From: Candidatus Zixiibacteriota bacterium
Lineage (GTDB): Bacteria; Zixibacteria; MSB-5A5; UBA10806; 4484-95
Reading direction: 5' to 3'
NCBI GenBank assembly: GCA_029932605.1
Contig: JAOZPT010000026.1
Location: 1 to 33,651, forward strand
DNA: 33,651 bases
The position numbers and the translations under genes were made by a program. The notes beneath the pieces were generated by a model. The model worked only from the letters and a program-made list of their open reading frames with translations. It made no database searches and had not been told where the DNA came from. The first letter of the stretch is position 1. Each line of letters begins with the position of its first letter. This document shows, in pieces, positions 1-10,028 of this stretch.

Positions 1-70
1 CTGGGAGTTTGTAGCCCACCTGAGCAAAAAGCAGGGTTGGTAAAATTAATATTAAGATTAAGGTTTTCAT
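1..70 (-). CDS. 5' end of a secreted protein (signal peptide), truncated by the window edge
   Basis: Minus strand from ATG at 70 reads MKTLILILILPTLLFAQVGYKLP, a Sec signal-peptide pattern. AGAGG lies upstream. Not in the ORF track. Confidence 0.6.
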   Translation of the reverse strand, partial: MKTLILILILPTLLFAQVGYKLP

Positions 71-124
71 GGAAGCCTCTAATTTTTACAAATATAACAT
101 AAATAACCAATAATTACAATCTTT

Positions 125-157
125 AAAATAAAACCGGGCGCCCCTCCGAACGCCCGG
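125..157 (-). terminator. Rho-independent terminator of thyX-nrdJ
   Basis: Stem CCGGGCG(134-140)/CGCCCGG(151-157), followed on the minus strand by TTTTATTTT, ~30 nt after the nrdJ stop. Confidence 0.75.
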
Positions 158-186
158 CACATAGATTTAATCTATTTCAAGAGGCT

Positions 187-2457
187 TTACTTACACTTTG
201 AAAAACCACACAGTGGACAGGAGATACATCCCGACTCGGAAATCAGCTTGGCGCCACAATCGGGGCATCTCATAGTTCCCAGGTCGGGCTCCTGTTTAAG
301 CGTTTTGCCATTACCGAAATGGCGGTGCAGAACCTTGGCGATTGCATCAGGCATGGAGCGTATCAGGCCACCATTACCGAAAACCTGTGAATCACCACCG
401 ATGCCCTTGAGCTGTTCGATTATCTCTTCGACCGGCACACCTGAACGCAAAGCGAGCGATATCAACCGGCAGACCGCCTCGGTGTCGGCCATGGTATCAT
501 GCCCCGATTTACCTATCTGGGCGAAAACCTCAAACGGCTGCCCCTGGTAGGTGTTTATGGTGATATAAAGGTTGCCAAAGCCGGTCTTTATCTTTTCGGT
601 GAAACCATGAAGCGTCTCCGGCCGCTCCCTGACAATAGGGATTTCGTCAGATATGGGTTCGACAGTCTTTTTAGTTGAAAGCACCTGATGGGGACGACTT
701 CCATCACGATAGATAGTAATACCCTTGCACTCCAGGCTGTAGGCAAGCTCATATGCCTGCCTGACATCATCAACTGTAGCCTCATTGGGTAGGTTTATCG
801 TCTTGGAAACGGCGTTATCGGTATATTTCTGGAAAGCATCCTGCATCCTTATATGCCATTCGAATGAAACATCGTGGCTGGTGACAAAGATATTTCGCAC
901 CTCTTGGGGGATTTCATCGAAATCAGCGATGGAGTTATGTTCGGCAATTTTCTCAATCAGCTTGTCGGAGTAAAATCCCATCTGTTTGGCTTTTTGCTCG
1001 AAATAAGGATTGACCTCTATTAGGTGGTCATTATCCATTACGTTTCGCTCATAACAAATGGCAAACAATGGTTCTATACCGGATGAGCAACTGGCAATTA
1101 TAGAGATTGTGCCAGTGGGCGCAATGGTAGTAACTGTGGCATTTCTACGGGGTATTCCGGAACCTGTTTTCTGATTGAAGAAATCGGATTTCTCCCAGTT
1201 GGGGAAATTACCCCTGATGCGAGCTAATTGCTGGGAAGCTAAATCGGCCTCATTTTGTATGAAGGCCATCACCTTCTCGGCTAATTTTAAAGCCTCCTCC
1301 GAATTGTAAGGTATTTCAAGCATCACCAGAAGGTCAGCCCAACCCATGACACCCATTCCAATCCGTCGGTTGGCCTTAGTGTTTGTGTCGATTTCAGGAA
1401 TGGGGTATTTGTTTGCATCAATGACGTTATCTAAAAAATGTATAGACCGATGAACGGTTCTTTTTAGTTTGTCCCAATCGATTTCAGAGCGGAAAAGGTC
1501 AGACCCGGGAGAGACACCGACCGTTGTTTTAATCATTTTAGAGAGGTTGATAGAGCCCAGATTACAACTTTCATAAGGCAGAAGGGGTTGTTCCCCACAT
1601 GGGTTGGTGGCTTCGATAAGGCCAATATTTTTGGTTTTTTCCTTTTTGTTAATTTTGTCGAGAAATACTACACCCGGTTCGCCGGTTCTGTGGGCATGAT
1701 TGACAATAGCATCAAAAACCTCTCTGGCGTCAAGAGATTGAGGTGTACCATCCTTGATAAACTGTTTGCCTGTACGGGGGTCTATTAGCGGGTAGGTGGT
1801 GTTCTCTTTGACCGCTTTCATGAAGGCATCAGTTATACCTACAGATATATTAAAATTAGTAAGCTCTGTAATATCGTCTTTACAGGTTATAAAATCCATT
1901 ATATCGGGGTGATCAACCTGCAATATTCCCATATTGGCTCCTCTTCGGGTGCCACCCTGTTTGACAGCTTCAGTAGCGGCGTTGATCACTTTCATAAAAG
2001 AAATAGGGCCGGAGGCAACACCTGATGTTGAGGCAACCGGTGAGTTTTTTGGGCGGAGCCGGGAGAATGAGAAGCCGGTTCCACCGCCCGATTTATGTAT
2101 CAAAGCGGTTGCTTTGACAGCATCAAAAATAGATTCCATGGAATCTTCAATAGGGATGACGAAACATGCTGAGAGTTGTCCTAAGGGTCTGCCAGCGTTC
2201 ATCAGAGTTGGTGAGTTAGGCATAAATTCAAGTTCGGCTATCATATTATAAAATGCCAAAGCAGTCTGCTCAACCTCCTCGGGGGTTGCACCGTAGTTAA
2301 GGTCGGGCTCGGCAATGGCTCGAGCCACTCGCATGAATAGCTGTTCGGGCGTTTCAATTATCTGTCCGTTGTCATCCTTTGCCAGATAACGGCGACGAAG
2401 TACAGCAAGCGAATTCTCCGTAAGCTGAGATTTCGTACCCGTTGCCTTTATATCCAT
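187..2457 (-). CDS. nrdJ: Class II (adenosylcobalamin-dependent) ribonucleotide reductase with C-terminal TSCPD/Zn-ribbon region
   Basis: Motifs FMPNSPTLMNAG, LSACFV, SGGGTG, ATNPCGEQ, CNLGSINL, TIAPTGT, YRDGSR and C-terminal CPDC...CPLCGFSKC. Start moved to ATG 2457 behind GGAGGAGG; the ORF is open to 2505. Confidence 0.95.
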   Translation of the reverse strand: MDIKATGTKSQLTENSLAVLRRRYLAKDDNGQIIETPEQLFMRVARAIAEPDLNYGATPEEVEQTALAFYNMIAELEFMPNSPTLMNAGRPLGQLSACFVIPIEDSMESIFDAVKATALIHKSGGGTGFSFSRLRPKNSPVASTSGVASGPISFMKVINAATEAVKQGGTRRGANMGILQVDHPDIMDFITCKDDITELTNFNISVGITDAFMKAVKENTTYPLIDPRTGKQFIKDGTPQSLDAREVFDAIVNHAHRTGEPGVVFLDKINKKEKTKNIGLIEATNPCGEQPLLPYESCNLGSINLSKMIKTTVGVSPGSDLFRSEIDWDKLKRTVHRSIHFLDNVIDANKYPIPEIDTNTKANRRIGMGVMGWADLLVMLEIPYNSEEALKLAEKVMAFIQNEADLASQQLARIRGNFPNWEKSDFFNQKTGSGIPRRNATVTTIAPTGTISIIASCSSGIEPLFAICYERNVMDNDHLIEVNPYFEQKAKQMGFYSDKLIEKIAEHNSIADFDEIPQEVRNIFVTSHDVSFEWHIRMQDAFQKYTDNAVSKTINLPNEATVDDVRQAYELAYSLECKGITIYRDGSRPHQVLSTKKTVEPISDEIPIVRERPETLHGFTEKIKTGFGNLYITINTYQGQPFEVFAQIGKSGHDTMADTEAVCRLISLALRSGVPVEEIIEQLKGIGGDSQVFGNGGLIRSMPDAIAKVLHRHFGNGKTLKQEPDLGTMRCPDCGAKLISESGCISCPLCGFSKCK

Positions 2458-2525
2458 ATTTCCCTCCTCCAAGATCATGTTAAAACGGTATATAAGCCCC
2501 TTCAAGCCATATTAGTACCATGGGC

Positions 2526-3218
2526 TTAGGTTTCGATTTCACCGGTCGCTGACATATTTTTTTCATCTATGACAAAGTCTCCGAAAACAATAGGGGCTTC
2601 CCTTTTCATTATTTTAAGCATTTCGATAGCAATTAGCCTTATTTCCCAATGGGCCCTCTGATTTGTTCTAACCCAGAAAAAGTGTCTTAGTTCCCGGAAA
2701 TTAGCGGTAATTACTATTTCCGAGGTGGTGCCGTTTGGAAGAATATACCGGGCATCCTCAGGAGGTATACCGGCATCAAGCATCTTTTCATATAGCTGGT
2801 AACATAAATCCACCTGTTTTTTATATTTTTCGGTAAAATCGAAGTCGTCGCCAATAAAAGTTGGTGGTGTCACAAATTCGAAATCCTTAGTTTTTTGCCG
2901 TCCGGGCTTATCAGCATAACATACATAGCGCTGACTTTCCTGTGATGGTGATATAAATCTATGACGTACAAGTTCATGAGTAAACACCCTCGAACCACCT
3001 TTTATCCTGAAAGTAGCATGAGCATGTTCTAAAACAGAATGATGTTTCTTACGGAGGATTTTCTTTATTAACTCCTCAGTCGATTTGGGTGGATCATATC
3101 GGTGAAATGAGAGGTAACAGGTTCGACAGGCTCTTTCAATTAAATCCTCAGCTCCGGGAGTAATATTTTCTAATGTTACCAATTTATTGACATTCAGTTT
3201 GTTAGCGGCACTTAGCAT
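2526..3218 (-). CDS. thyX: FAD-dependent thymidylate synthase
   Basis: HHSVLEH, ThyX signature THELVRHRxxSxSQESQRY, PEDARYILPN, RAHWEIR. Start uncertain (ORF open to 3338; ATG 3218 chosen). Confidence 0.93.
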   Translation of the reverse strand: MLSAANKLNVNKLVTLENITPGAEDLIERACRTCYLSFHRYDPPKSTEELIKKILRKKHHSVLEHAHATFRIKGGSRVFTHELVRHRFISPSQESQRYVCYADKPGRQKTKDFEFVTPPTFIGDDFDFTEKYKKQVDLCYQLYEKMLDAGIPPEDARYILPNGTTSEIVITANFRELRHFFWVRTNQRAHWEIRLIAIEMLKIMKREAPIVFGDFVIDEKNMSATGEIET

Positions 3219-3676
3219 AACCGAACCGTTGCATAAAATAGTTTCCCAAACTCCATCACGTAGAACCACTTCTGAGAGATTTTCAGCTTTTTTTAAGTCA
3301 CAGCCAAAGGCTGGCTGGTTTCCCTCAACAAGGAACAATTATATTATTTTTAGCCTGAAGATAAGTCAAGCCATTTTATAAAAATTAATAAACAATTTTA
3401 CAATCGGCGATTTTTCAATGCCTTATGGAATCGGAAAATTTCATAAAAATTTGTGAAATTAACACTCAATTTTGAAACGAAAAACCATGAAACCGTAACC
3501 TATTTAATCATAATAAATTGCGAAAACAAGTTTTTAGGAAAGTTGTCGCCTTTTTATTTTTTTGTATTTAATCTTTTATTCCTGTTCAGCTTAACTCATA
3601 TTGAAGTTAGTGAAATGTTCTTTCAAATGAATCATATGTTTTATATTTTATCCGATTGTTGTGAAACATCAAGCTC

Positions 3677-4273
3677 TTATCTCTTGTATTTTCCCATGAG
3701 TTGGCCCTTGGCAAGTATATGCCCTTCCATGGCCTTCTCGATGTCGGCTTTGTTAGCACCCTTGTCAAGTTCTAATTTGGCATCAAGCGCATATAGCTTG
3801 AAAAAGTAACGATGTGCCGGACCGGGTGGGGGACAGGGACCACCGTAACCACGACGTTTGAAGCTGGTGATACCCTCGGTAGCTTTGGCTAACTCTCCTT
3901 TTGCCCTTTCCACTGAAAAGCCCTCCGGTAGCTCGGTTACATCGCAAGGTATGTTGAATAGCACCCAGTGAACCCAGGTTCCCATCGGGGCATCGGGGTC
4001 GTCGCAGATCAGGGTTAAAGATTTGGTTCCTTCTGGTGGTGTCGACCAGTTTAACAATGGTGATATATCTTGGCCATCACAGGTGTGTTTAACTGGAATG
4101 GTATCACCATCTGTAAAGGCTGTGCTTTTGAGTTCGATCATGAGCATTTTTTTCTCCTTTGTCAAAGGTTCAGCTTTCTTTTCATCATTTACCTGCTTAC
4201 CTCCCTGACATGATATTGTTATAAGCATAATGGATGATGTTATTATGAATTTTGATGTGATGTTTCCTATCAT
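3677..4273 (-). CDS. YbhB/YbcL (PEBP, Raf kinase inhibitor-like) protein, probably exported/lipoprotein
   Basis: DDPDAP...WVHWVLFNIP and GYGGPCPPPGPAHRYFFKLYALD motifs. Hydrophobic N-terminus ends in ISC. ATG 4273 follows AGAGGAGG. Confidence 0.9.
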   Translation of the reverse strand: MIGNITSKFIITSSIMLITISCQGGKQVNDEKKAEPLTKEKKMLMIELKSTAFTDGDTIPVKHTCDGQDISPLLNWSTPPEGTKSLTLICDDPDAPMGTWVHWVLFNIPCDVTELPEGFSVERAKGELAKATEGITSFKRRGYGGPCPPPGPAHRYFFKLYALDAKLELDKGANKADIEKAMEGHILAKGQLMGKYKR

Positions 4274-4584
4274 AACTGCCTCCTCTAACAATTAATTTTC
4301 ATTATTTGTTGTAAGTTTTTATTGCCTTAGCTTTTTAATTAAAACTTTAAATTCTCATTTAGCAAATGTTTTTTTAATTTTCCATTTTAACAAAAGTGGC
4401 AATCCAGTGCTCCCCGATATAAGTTAATGATTTTGCAAAGATTATATTTTAATAGAAATAATGTGTGACCTTAGATTGGTTGTTTGATAATAAATTTAGT
4501 TGACTCCTTTATAATTTCTTTTGCGCAGGTGAAAAAAGTGTTATATTCATAAATTGAAGTGATTGAAGTAAGGTTTGGAAACTG

Positions 4585-5565
4585 GTGGTGAAAGCTCTTG
4601 TTACTGGCATAAAAGGTTTTGTAGGTTCTCATCTAACCGAGCTTTTGCTTGAAAAGGGCTACGAGGTTGCCGGTTTGTGCACTGCTGGTAACATTGTTGA
4701 AAAGCCATCAAGAGCCTATTGGACCTTACCTAAAGAGGTGAAATTATTCGAGGCTGATTTGCGTGATGGGGAGCAGATCTCTAAGATTATCATCTCCTTT
4801 TCTCCTGATGTAATATTCCATCTTGCTGCGCAGTCATCGGTTAAGTTATCGTTTGAAAATCCGATTGATACTTTTTCTGTCAACATTATCGGTTCATTAA
4901 ACATATTGGAATCGATATCAGGAATGAAACCACCGCCTAAAACGCTTATGGTCGCATCATCTGAAATTTATGGTTTGCTTAAGCCTGAAGATATGCCGGT
5001 TACTGAGGATTTTCCATTAGCTCCCGTTAATCCTTATGGTGTATCCAAAGCCGCTGTTGATATGCTGGGCTATCAATATTACAAATCATACCAGCTGCCG
5101 GTTTATCTGGCCCGTGCTTTTTCACATTCGGGACCACGCCAGCGAACGGCAGCGGTTTTATCAGATTGGTCATTTCAAACAGCTAAAATAGAACTTGGAT
5201 TATCGACACCGGAGATAAAAGTCGGTAATCTTGATGTTACACGTGATTACACCGATGTCCGCGATGTGGTTAAAGCTTACCTAGCAATAATCGAACGGGG
5301 AAAACCCGGCAAGCCGTATAATATCTGTTCAGGTAACGGTTATAGGATAAAGGACTTACTTGAAATAATAACATCATTTTCTTCGAAAAAGATAAAGGTT
5401 GTATCTGATCCGTCTCGCTTGAGACCGGTTGATATACCGATATTGATAGGTTCTCCAGAGAAGATTCAAACGGATGTCGGTTGGAAACCAGATATAAATA
5501 TAAATAAAACGCTTCGTGATTTGTACATTTACTGGATAGATTATTTGACCCCACAAATTGAATGA
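4585..5565 (+). CDS. GDP-mannose 4,6-dehydratase / GDP-4-keto-6-deoxymannose reductase (Rmd-like) extended SDR
   Basis: GIKGFVG, HLAAQSSV, SSEIYG, YGVSK, GNLDVTRDYTDVRD, RLRPVD. Confidence 0.85.
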   Translation: MVKALVTGIKGFVGSHLTELLLEKGYEVAGLCTAGNIVEKPSRAYWTLPKEVKLFEADLRDGEQISKIIISFSPDVIFHLAAQSSVKLSFENPIDTFSVNIIGSLNILESISGMKPPPKTLMVASSEIYGLLKPEDMPVTEDFPLAPVNPYGVSKAAVDMLGYQYYKSYQLPVYLARAFSHSGPRQRTAAVLSDWSFQTAKIELGLSTPEIKVGNLDVTRDYTDVRDVVKAYLAIIERGKPGKPYNICSGNGYRIKDLLEIITSFSSKKIKVVSDPSRLRPVDIPILIGSPEKIQTDVGWKPDININKTLRDLYIYWIDYLTPQIE

Positions 5566-5688
5566 AAATTGACAATTATTTTAAAACGGCTGTTTAATAT
5601 AGTTGAATCAGCCATTAAAAAAGATATATTGCTGACGATAAAATTTTAGGATAAGATTGGTGATGTAATTATTTATTAATAAGGAGTC

Positions 5689-7071
5689 ATGGTGAAAAAA
5701 TCCGGGATAAAGAAGAAAAGGGAAGCGAAAGTTAAGATTAAAACATCAAAAGCTATCAATCAGGCTAAAGTCCTTGAGAGAAAAATTCTTGAACGTTCCG
5801 CTACCATCGCCATCATCGGTATGGGGTATGTCGGTTTACCTCTTGCTATCGAATTTGGCTGTGTCGGTTTTAAGGTTATAGGCATAGATATTAATCCTTA
5901 AAAGATAAAAACCATAAACGCCGGTAAGTCTGATGTGGATGATATAAAGGATTATCAGGTCAGGGAGCTTACCGATTTAAGGCGCCTTAAATGCACCGAT
6001 GATTTTTCTGTTTTAAAAAGTATCGATTGCGTGGCTATTGCTGTCCCCACACCTCTGAATAAAACCAAGGACCCCGATGTATCTTCTATCTTATCAGCAG
6101 TGAATGAAATTAAGAAATACATTCACCCGGGACAGTTGATTATTTTAGAATCGACTACTTACCCGGGCACCACCGAGGAGCTTATCAAACCGATGCTTGA
6201 ACAGGGAAATCTCAGGGTAGGAAGAGATATATTTTTGGCTTTTTCCCCGGAGAGAGTTGACCCGGGCAATACCAGATATAAAACTCATAATACACCCAAA
6301 GTTGTGGGTGGTACTACAAGTAATTGCCTTAAAGTTGCCAGGACAATTTACGAACAGATCATAACCGAGGTGGTAACTGTTAGTTCTACCAAGGCAGCTG
6401 AAATGGTGAAACTTCTGGAAAATACTTTCCGCTCGGTAAACATTGGTCTTGTTAATGAGGTTGCTCTCATGTGCGACCGCTTGCAGATCGATGTCTGGGA
6501 GGTTATCGATGCGGCTGCTACCAAACCTTTCGGATTCTTACCGTTTTATCCCGGTCCGGGGCTGGGAGGACATTGCATCCCGATCGATCCTCATTATCTG
6601 TCATGGAAACTACGATCTTTGAACTATTATGCTCGTTTTATCGAGCTTGCCGGTGATATCAACTCGCGGATGCCGGAGTATGTGGTTGAGAAAATAAATG
6701 CCGCGTTAAATAGCCAAAAAAAATCCCTTCGTGGGGCAAAAGTGTTATTGCTGGGTATCGCTTACAAAAAGGATATCGCCGATGTCAGGGAATCGCCGGC
6801 GCTTGATATCATGAAGATACTACAGCAAAAAGGCGCTAACGTTATTTATAATGACCCCTATGTTCCTGAGCTTGCAATGGATGATGGCAAAAAATCAAAA
6901 TCGGTCGAGCTAAACAGCAAACTCCTTATCTCGGTAGATTGCGTGGCGATCATCTCCGACCACTCGAAATACAACTTCCAGTGGATTGTGGATAAAGCCA
7001 GGGTAGTAGTAGATACGCGGAACGCTACAAAGTTTGTCAAAAACGGCAGGGAAAAGATATTTAAAATCTGA
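5689..7071 (+). pseudogene. UDP-N-acetylhexosamine (nucleotide-sugar) 6-dehydrogenase (WbpA/WecC/TviB family) interrupted by in-frame TAA at 5899-5901
   Basis: ORFs 5689-5901 and 5935-7071 share a frame. GMGYVGLP...GIDINP*KIKTINAGKS continues into VPTP, ESTTYPGTT, SPERVDPGN, KLLENTFR, GGHCIPIDP and KKDIADVRESP. Confidence 0.8.
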
Positions 7072-7235
7072 GGGCTATAGTTAAAGGTGTCCTGAGAATC
7101 AAAATTCTTCAAGAAAGATAATTTGAGATATTATCGTTCTGGCAGTTGGTGACCATTGTGGGTAAACTGCCTGTTTTTTACAATAGAAGGTAGTAAAAAC
7201 CCTTGCAGTTTTGATGAATAATAAATAAGAATACA

Positions 7236-7266
7236 TAAAAAAAACGGGCTTCGAAGTTGAAGCCCG
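7236..7266 (-). terminator. Rho-independent terminator of the sigma factor gene
   Basis: Stem CGGGCTTC(7245-7252)/GAAGCCCG(7259-7266) with an adjacent A-run (U-tract on the minus strand). Confidence 0.75.
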
Positions 7267-7289
7267 CCTGTATGAAACTATAACATTTT

Positions 7290-8144
7290 TCAATTCAAAT
7301 ATGCCCTTAACGCTCTTGATCTTGAGGCATGTCTCAGCCTGCGGATTGCTTTTTCCTTGATCTGTCGGACTCTTTCTCTGGTAAGCGAGAAACGCGCTCC
7401 GATTTCCTCAAGGGTGAGTGGTTTTTCATGGCTAAGGCCGAAATAAAGATTTATCACCTCAGCCTCTCGCGGAGTAAGTGTGTCAAGTGCCTTAATTATC
7501 TCAACCCTCAATGACTCATCCAGAAGGTTTTCATCGGGAGAGGGTTGAAATTCATCCTCCAAAACGTCGATTAGCGAGTTATCCTCCGAGGTAGAGAATG
7601 GGGCGTCAAGCGACAGGTGCGAGTTGGAGATTTTGAGCGTATTGGAAACTTCGCCTTCGGTAAGTTCTAGTTTTTTGGCGATTTCATCGGCTGATGGTTC
7701 CCGACCGTATTCCTGCTCGAGACTTGAGGATACTTTGCCAATCTTATGCAAAGTGCCCACTCTGTTTAGGGGTAATCTGACTATTCGGGACTGTTCAGCC
7801 AAAGCTTGCAGAATGGCCTGTCTTATCCACCAAACGGCATAAGAGATGAACTTAAAACCACGGGTCTCGTCAAACCTTTTAGCCGCTTTTATAAGCCCGA
7901 TATTACCTTCGTTAATTAAATCGGCAAGGGACAGGCCCTGGTTTTGATACTGTTTTGCCACCGAGACAACGAAACGGAGATTGGCTTTGGTCAGCTTTTC
8001 AAGCGCTGCTTGGTCGTTTTTTCTGATCCTTTTAGCCAGCTCCACCTCATCCTCAGCGGAAATTAAAGGTGTTTCACCGATCTCACGAAGATATAGATCT
8101 AAAGACTGATCCTCATCGCGAAATCTTTTTGACTGCTTTGACAA
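7290..8144 (-). CDS. RNA polymerase sigma-70 factor, RpoD/SigA-like, lacking region 1.1
   Basis: [51 protein letters not shown]...[11 protein letters not shown] start with AGAGGAG upstream. Confidence 0.93.
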   Translation of the reverse strand: MSKQSKRFRDEDQSLDLYLREIGETPLISAEDEVELAKRIRKNDQAALEKLTKANLRFVVSVAKQYQNQGLSLADLINEGNIGLIKAAKRFDETRGFKFISYAVWWIRQAILQALAEQSRIVRLPLNRVGTLHKIGKVSSSLEQEYGREPSADEIAKKLELTEGEVSNTLKISNSHLSLDAPFSTSEDNSLIDVLEDEFQPSPDENLLDESLRVEIIKALDTLTPREAEVINLYFGLSHEKPLTLEEIGARFSLTRERVRQIKEKAIRRLRHASRSRALRAYLN

Positions 8145-8257
8145 ATCAATGAACTCCTCTGGACAAAAGTTTGTCCATTTTATTTAAAACGAACTCTCGA
8201 AAATATACTTTAGAAAACATATTTTAGTTTCAAATATTTCTGTTTTACACTCATCTT

Positions 8258-9817
8258 TTATTCAGGTTTAACTGCTTTGAAAAGTGTATTTTTCCCTCTC
8301 TTGATAAGAAATAATATCGGTTTTTCTCTGTCTTTGAGTTTGTCGGCTATTTTTAGAAAATCACCTTTTGTTTTGACCGGTTTGCGATCAATCTCGATAA
8401 TAAGGTCTCTTACGGAGAGTCCGGCATCATCGGCTGGACTTCCCGGCTCAATATTCTCAATTATAACACTAGGTTCGTAATCGATCCCCAGTTTTTCAGC
8501 CAGTTGTCGATTAAATGTGCTCACAGAAAGCCCCAGCCATTTTGTTTCACTTTTCTCTTTTTTACTCGACGATGCTATCTCCAGAAATTCGCTTCTATCA
8601 CCGAGTTTGAAATCCAGAGTTTTTGTGCGCCCGTCCCTTATAACTTTCAAGGATATTTTTGCACCAGGACCGGCGTCGGCTACCAAAAATCGAAATTGTT
8701 GGGCATTGGTGACTTTTTTATCGTTAAACTCGATTATAACATCGCCCACCTTTAACCCTCCCTCCTGGGCTGGTGAATCGGGCTCAACTGACTCCACTAA
8801 AACCCCTTCAGGGGAGGAGAGGTCTAAAGCCTCGGCCATATTATTGTCGATATTACCAGGTAATATACCCAGCCAGCCACGGGATATTACCCCGGACTCC
8901 TTTAGCTCGTCTGCGACCTTTTTAGCTAAGTTTATGGGGATGGCGAAACCGATCCCTATATTTCCCCCCGATGTTGAGACAATTGCCGAATTAATACCTA
9001 TAACTTGACCATAAATGTTAACCAAGGGGCCACCGGAGTTTCCACGATTTATTGAAGCGTCGGTCTGGATATAATTTTGATAAACAGGATTGTCAGAACC
9101 AAACATCAGACCACTGCGCCCAAGAGCGGATACCACTCCAACTGTTACGGTTCTGTCGAGGCCGAGTTGTGGAAACGGATTGCCAACAGCAATAGCCCAA
9201 TCGCCAACCAAAATGGAATCTGAATCTCCTAACTCAAGGTAAGGCATGTTCTCATCCGTATCGATTTTCAATAAAGCTAAATCAGTTTCAGTATCAGCCC
9301 CCACGACCTCAGCTTTAAATTCTTTAGTGTTTGATAGTCTGACTATAATATCATCGGCACCGCGTATAACGTGATTATTCGTGAGAATGTATCCATCGGG
9401 ACTTATGAAAAAACCTGATCCGAGAGACTCGGTAAGCCGTCGACGTGGTTCACTTGGCTTATTTGGCGTCATGCCGAAAAATCGGCGCCATATTTCATCA
9501 TCAAAATAGAAAAAATCAGGATATTGTTCCTCAACCACGCTTTTGGCTGAGATATTAACAACCGCGGGCTTAACCTTTTGAGCGACAACAACAAAAGGCG
9601 AATGACTGTTTGTGGAACCAGGCTGGTTGATTGAAACAGATGAAACAGCTGGTTGGTAAAACGGTTCTGATTCTGTTGGAATAATAGGAGCTTGAGATTG
9701 AGCAGATAACTTGTCGGGAATACTTAAACTTGAACCAATAACCATGCCTGCAAGTATGCAGATGCCAGCAATAACAATGATTAATACTAACCCCTTGAGT
9801 TGACCGATAGTTTTCAT
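8258..9817 (-). CDS. HtrA/DegP (Do-family) serine protease with two PDZ domains
   Basis: N-terminal TM/signal, GSGF, TNNHV, DLALL, IQTDASINRGNSGGPL, two PDZ domains. ATG 9817 follows GAGGTGG. Confidence 0.93.
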   Translation of the reverse strand: MKTIGQLKGLVLIIVIAGICILAGMVIGSSLSIPDKLSAQSQAPIIPTESEPFYQPAVSSVSINQPGSTNSHSPFVVVAQKVKPAVVNISAKSVVEEQYPDFFYFDDEIWRRFFGMTPNKPSEPRRRLTESLGSGFFISPDGYILTNNHVIRGADDIIVRLSNTKEFKAEVVGADTETDLALLKIDTDENMPYLELGDSDSILVGDWAIAVGNPFPQLGLDRTVTVGVVSALGRSGLMFGSDNPVYQNYIQTDASINRGNSGGPLVNIYGQVIGINSAIVSTSGGNIGIGFAIPINLAKKVADELKESGVISRGWLGILPGNIDNNMAEALDLSSPEGVLVESVEPDSPAQEGGLKVGDVIIEFNDKKVTNAQQFRFLVADAGPGAKISLKVIRDGRTKTLDFKLGDRSEFLEIASSSKKEKSETKWLGLSVSTFNRQLAEKLGIDYEPSVIIENIEPGSPADDAGLSVRDLIIEIDRKPVKTKGDFLKIADKLKDREKPILFLIKRGKNTLFKAVKPE

Positions 9818-9847
9818 AAAAACCACCTCATTTTTTTACAAACTTTA

Positions 9848-9876
9848 AATTTAATTTTTTTAAAACTTTTTGTCAA
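9848..9876 (-). promoter_or_regulatory. Putative sigma-70 promoter for the leftward htrA
   Basis: TTGACA (9876-9871), 17 bp spacer, TAAATT (9853-9848) on the minus strand. Confidence 0.5.
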
Positions 9877-10028
9877 GTATTTTTTTTATTTTTATAAATA
9901 TATACTTTATTGTTTAAACCATGTTCCTTTGATATTAAATTTAAATCAATTTTTTTCTCTCTTGCTTTTCTTATTTTTTATTGTTATAAAACTTACAAAG
10001 TGATTTATTAGTTAAAGGAAAGGTTAAA

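Noticed and set aside
3453..3809. 118-aa plus-strand ORF
   Set aside because: AT-rich, low-complexity translation that overlaps the PEBP gene antisense and has no motif.
5899..5901. Stop-codon recoding of TAA
   Set aside because: TAA ends many intact genes in the window (nrdJ, thyX, asnB and others), and no other gene has an internal TAA.
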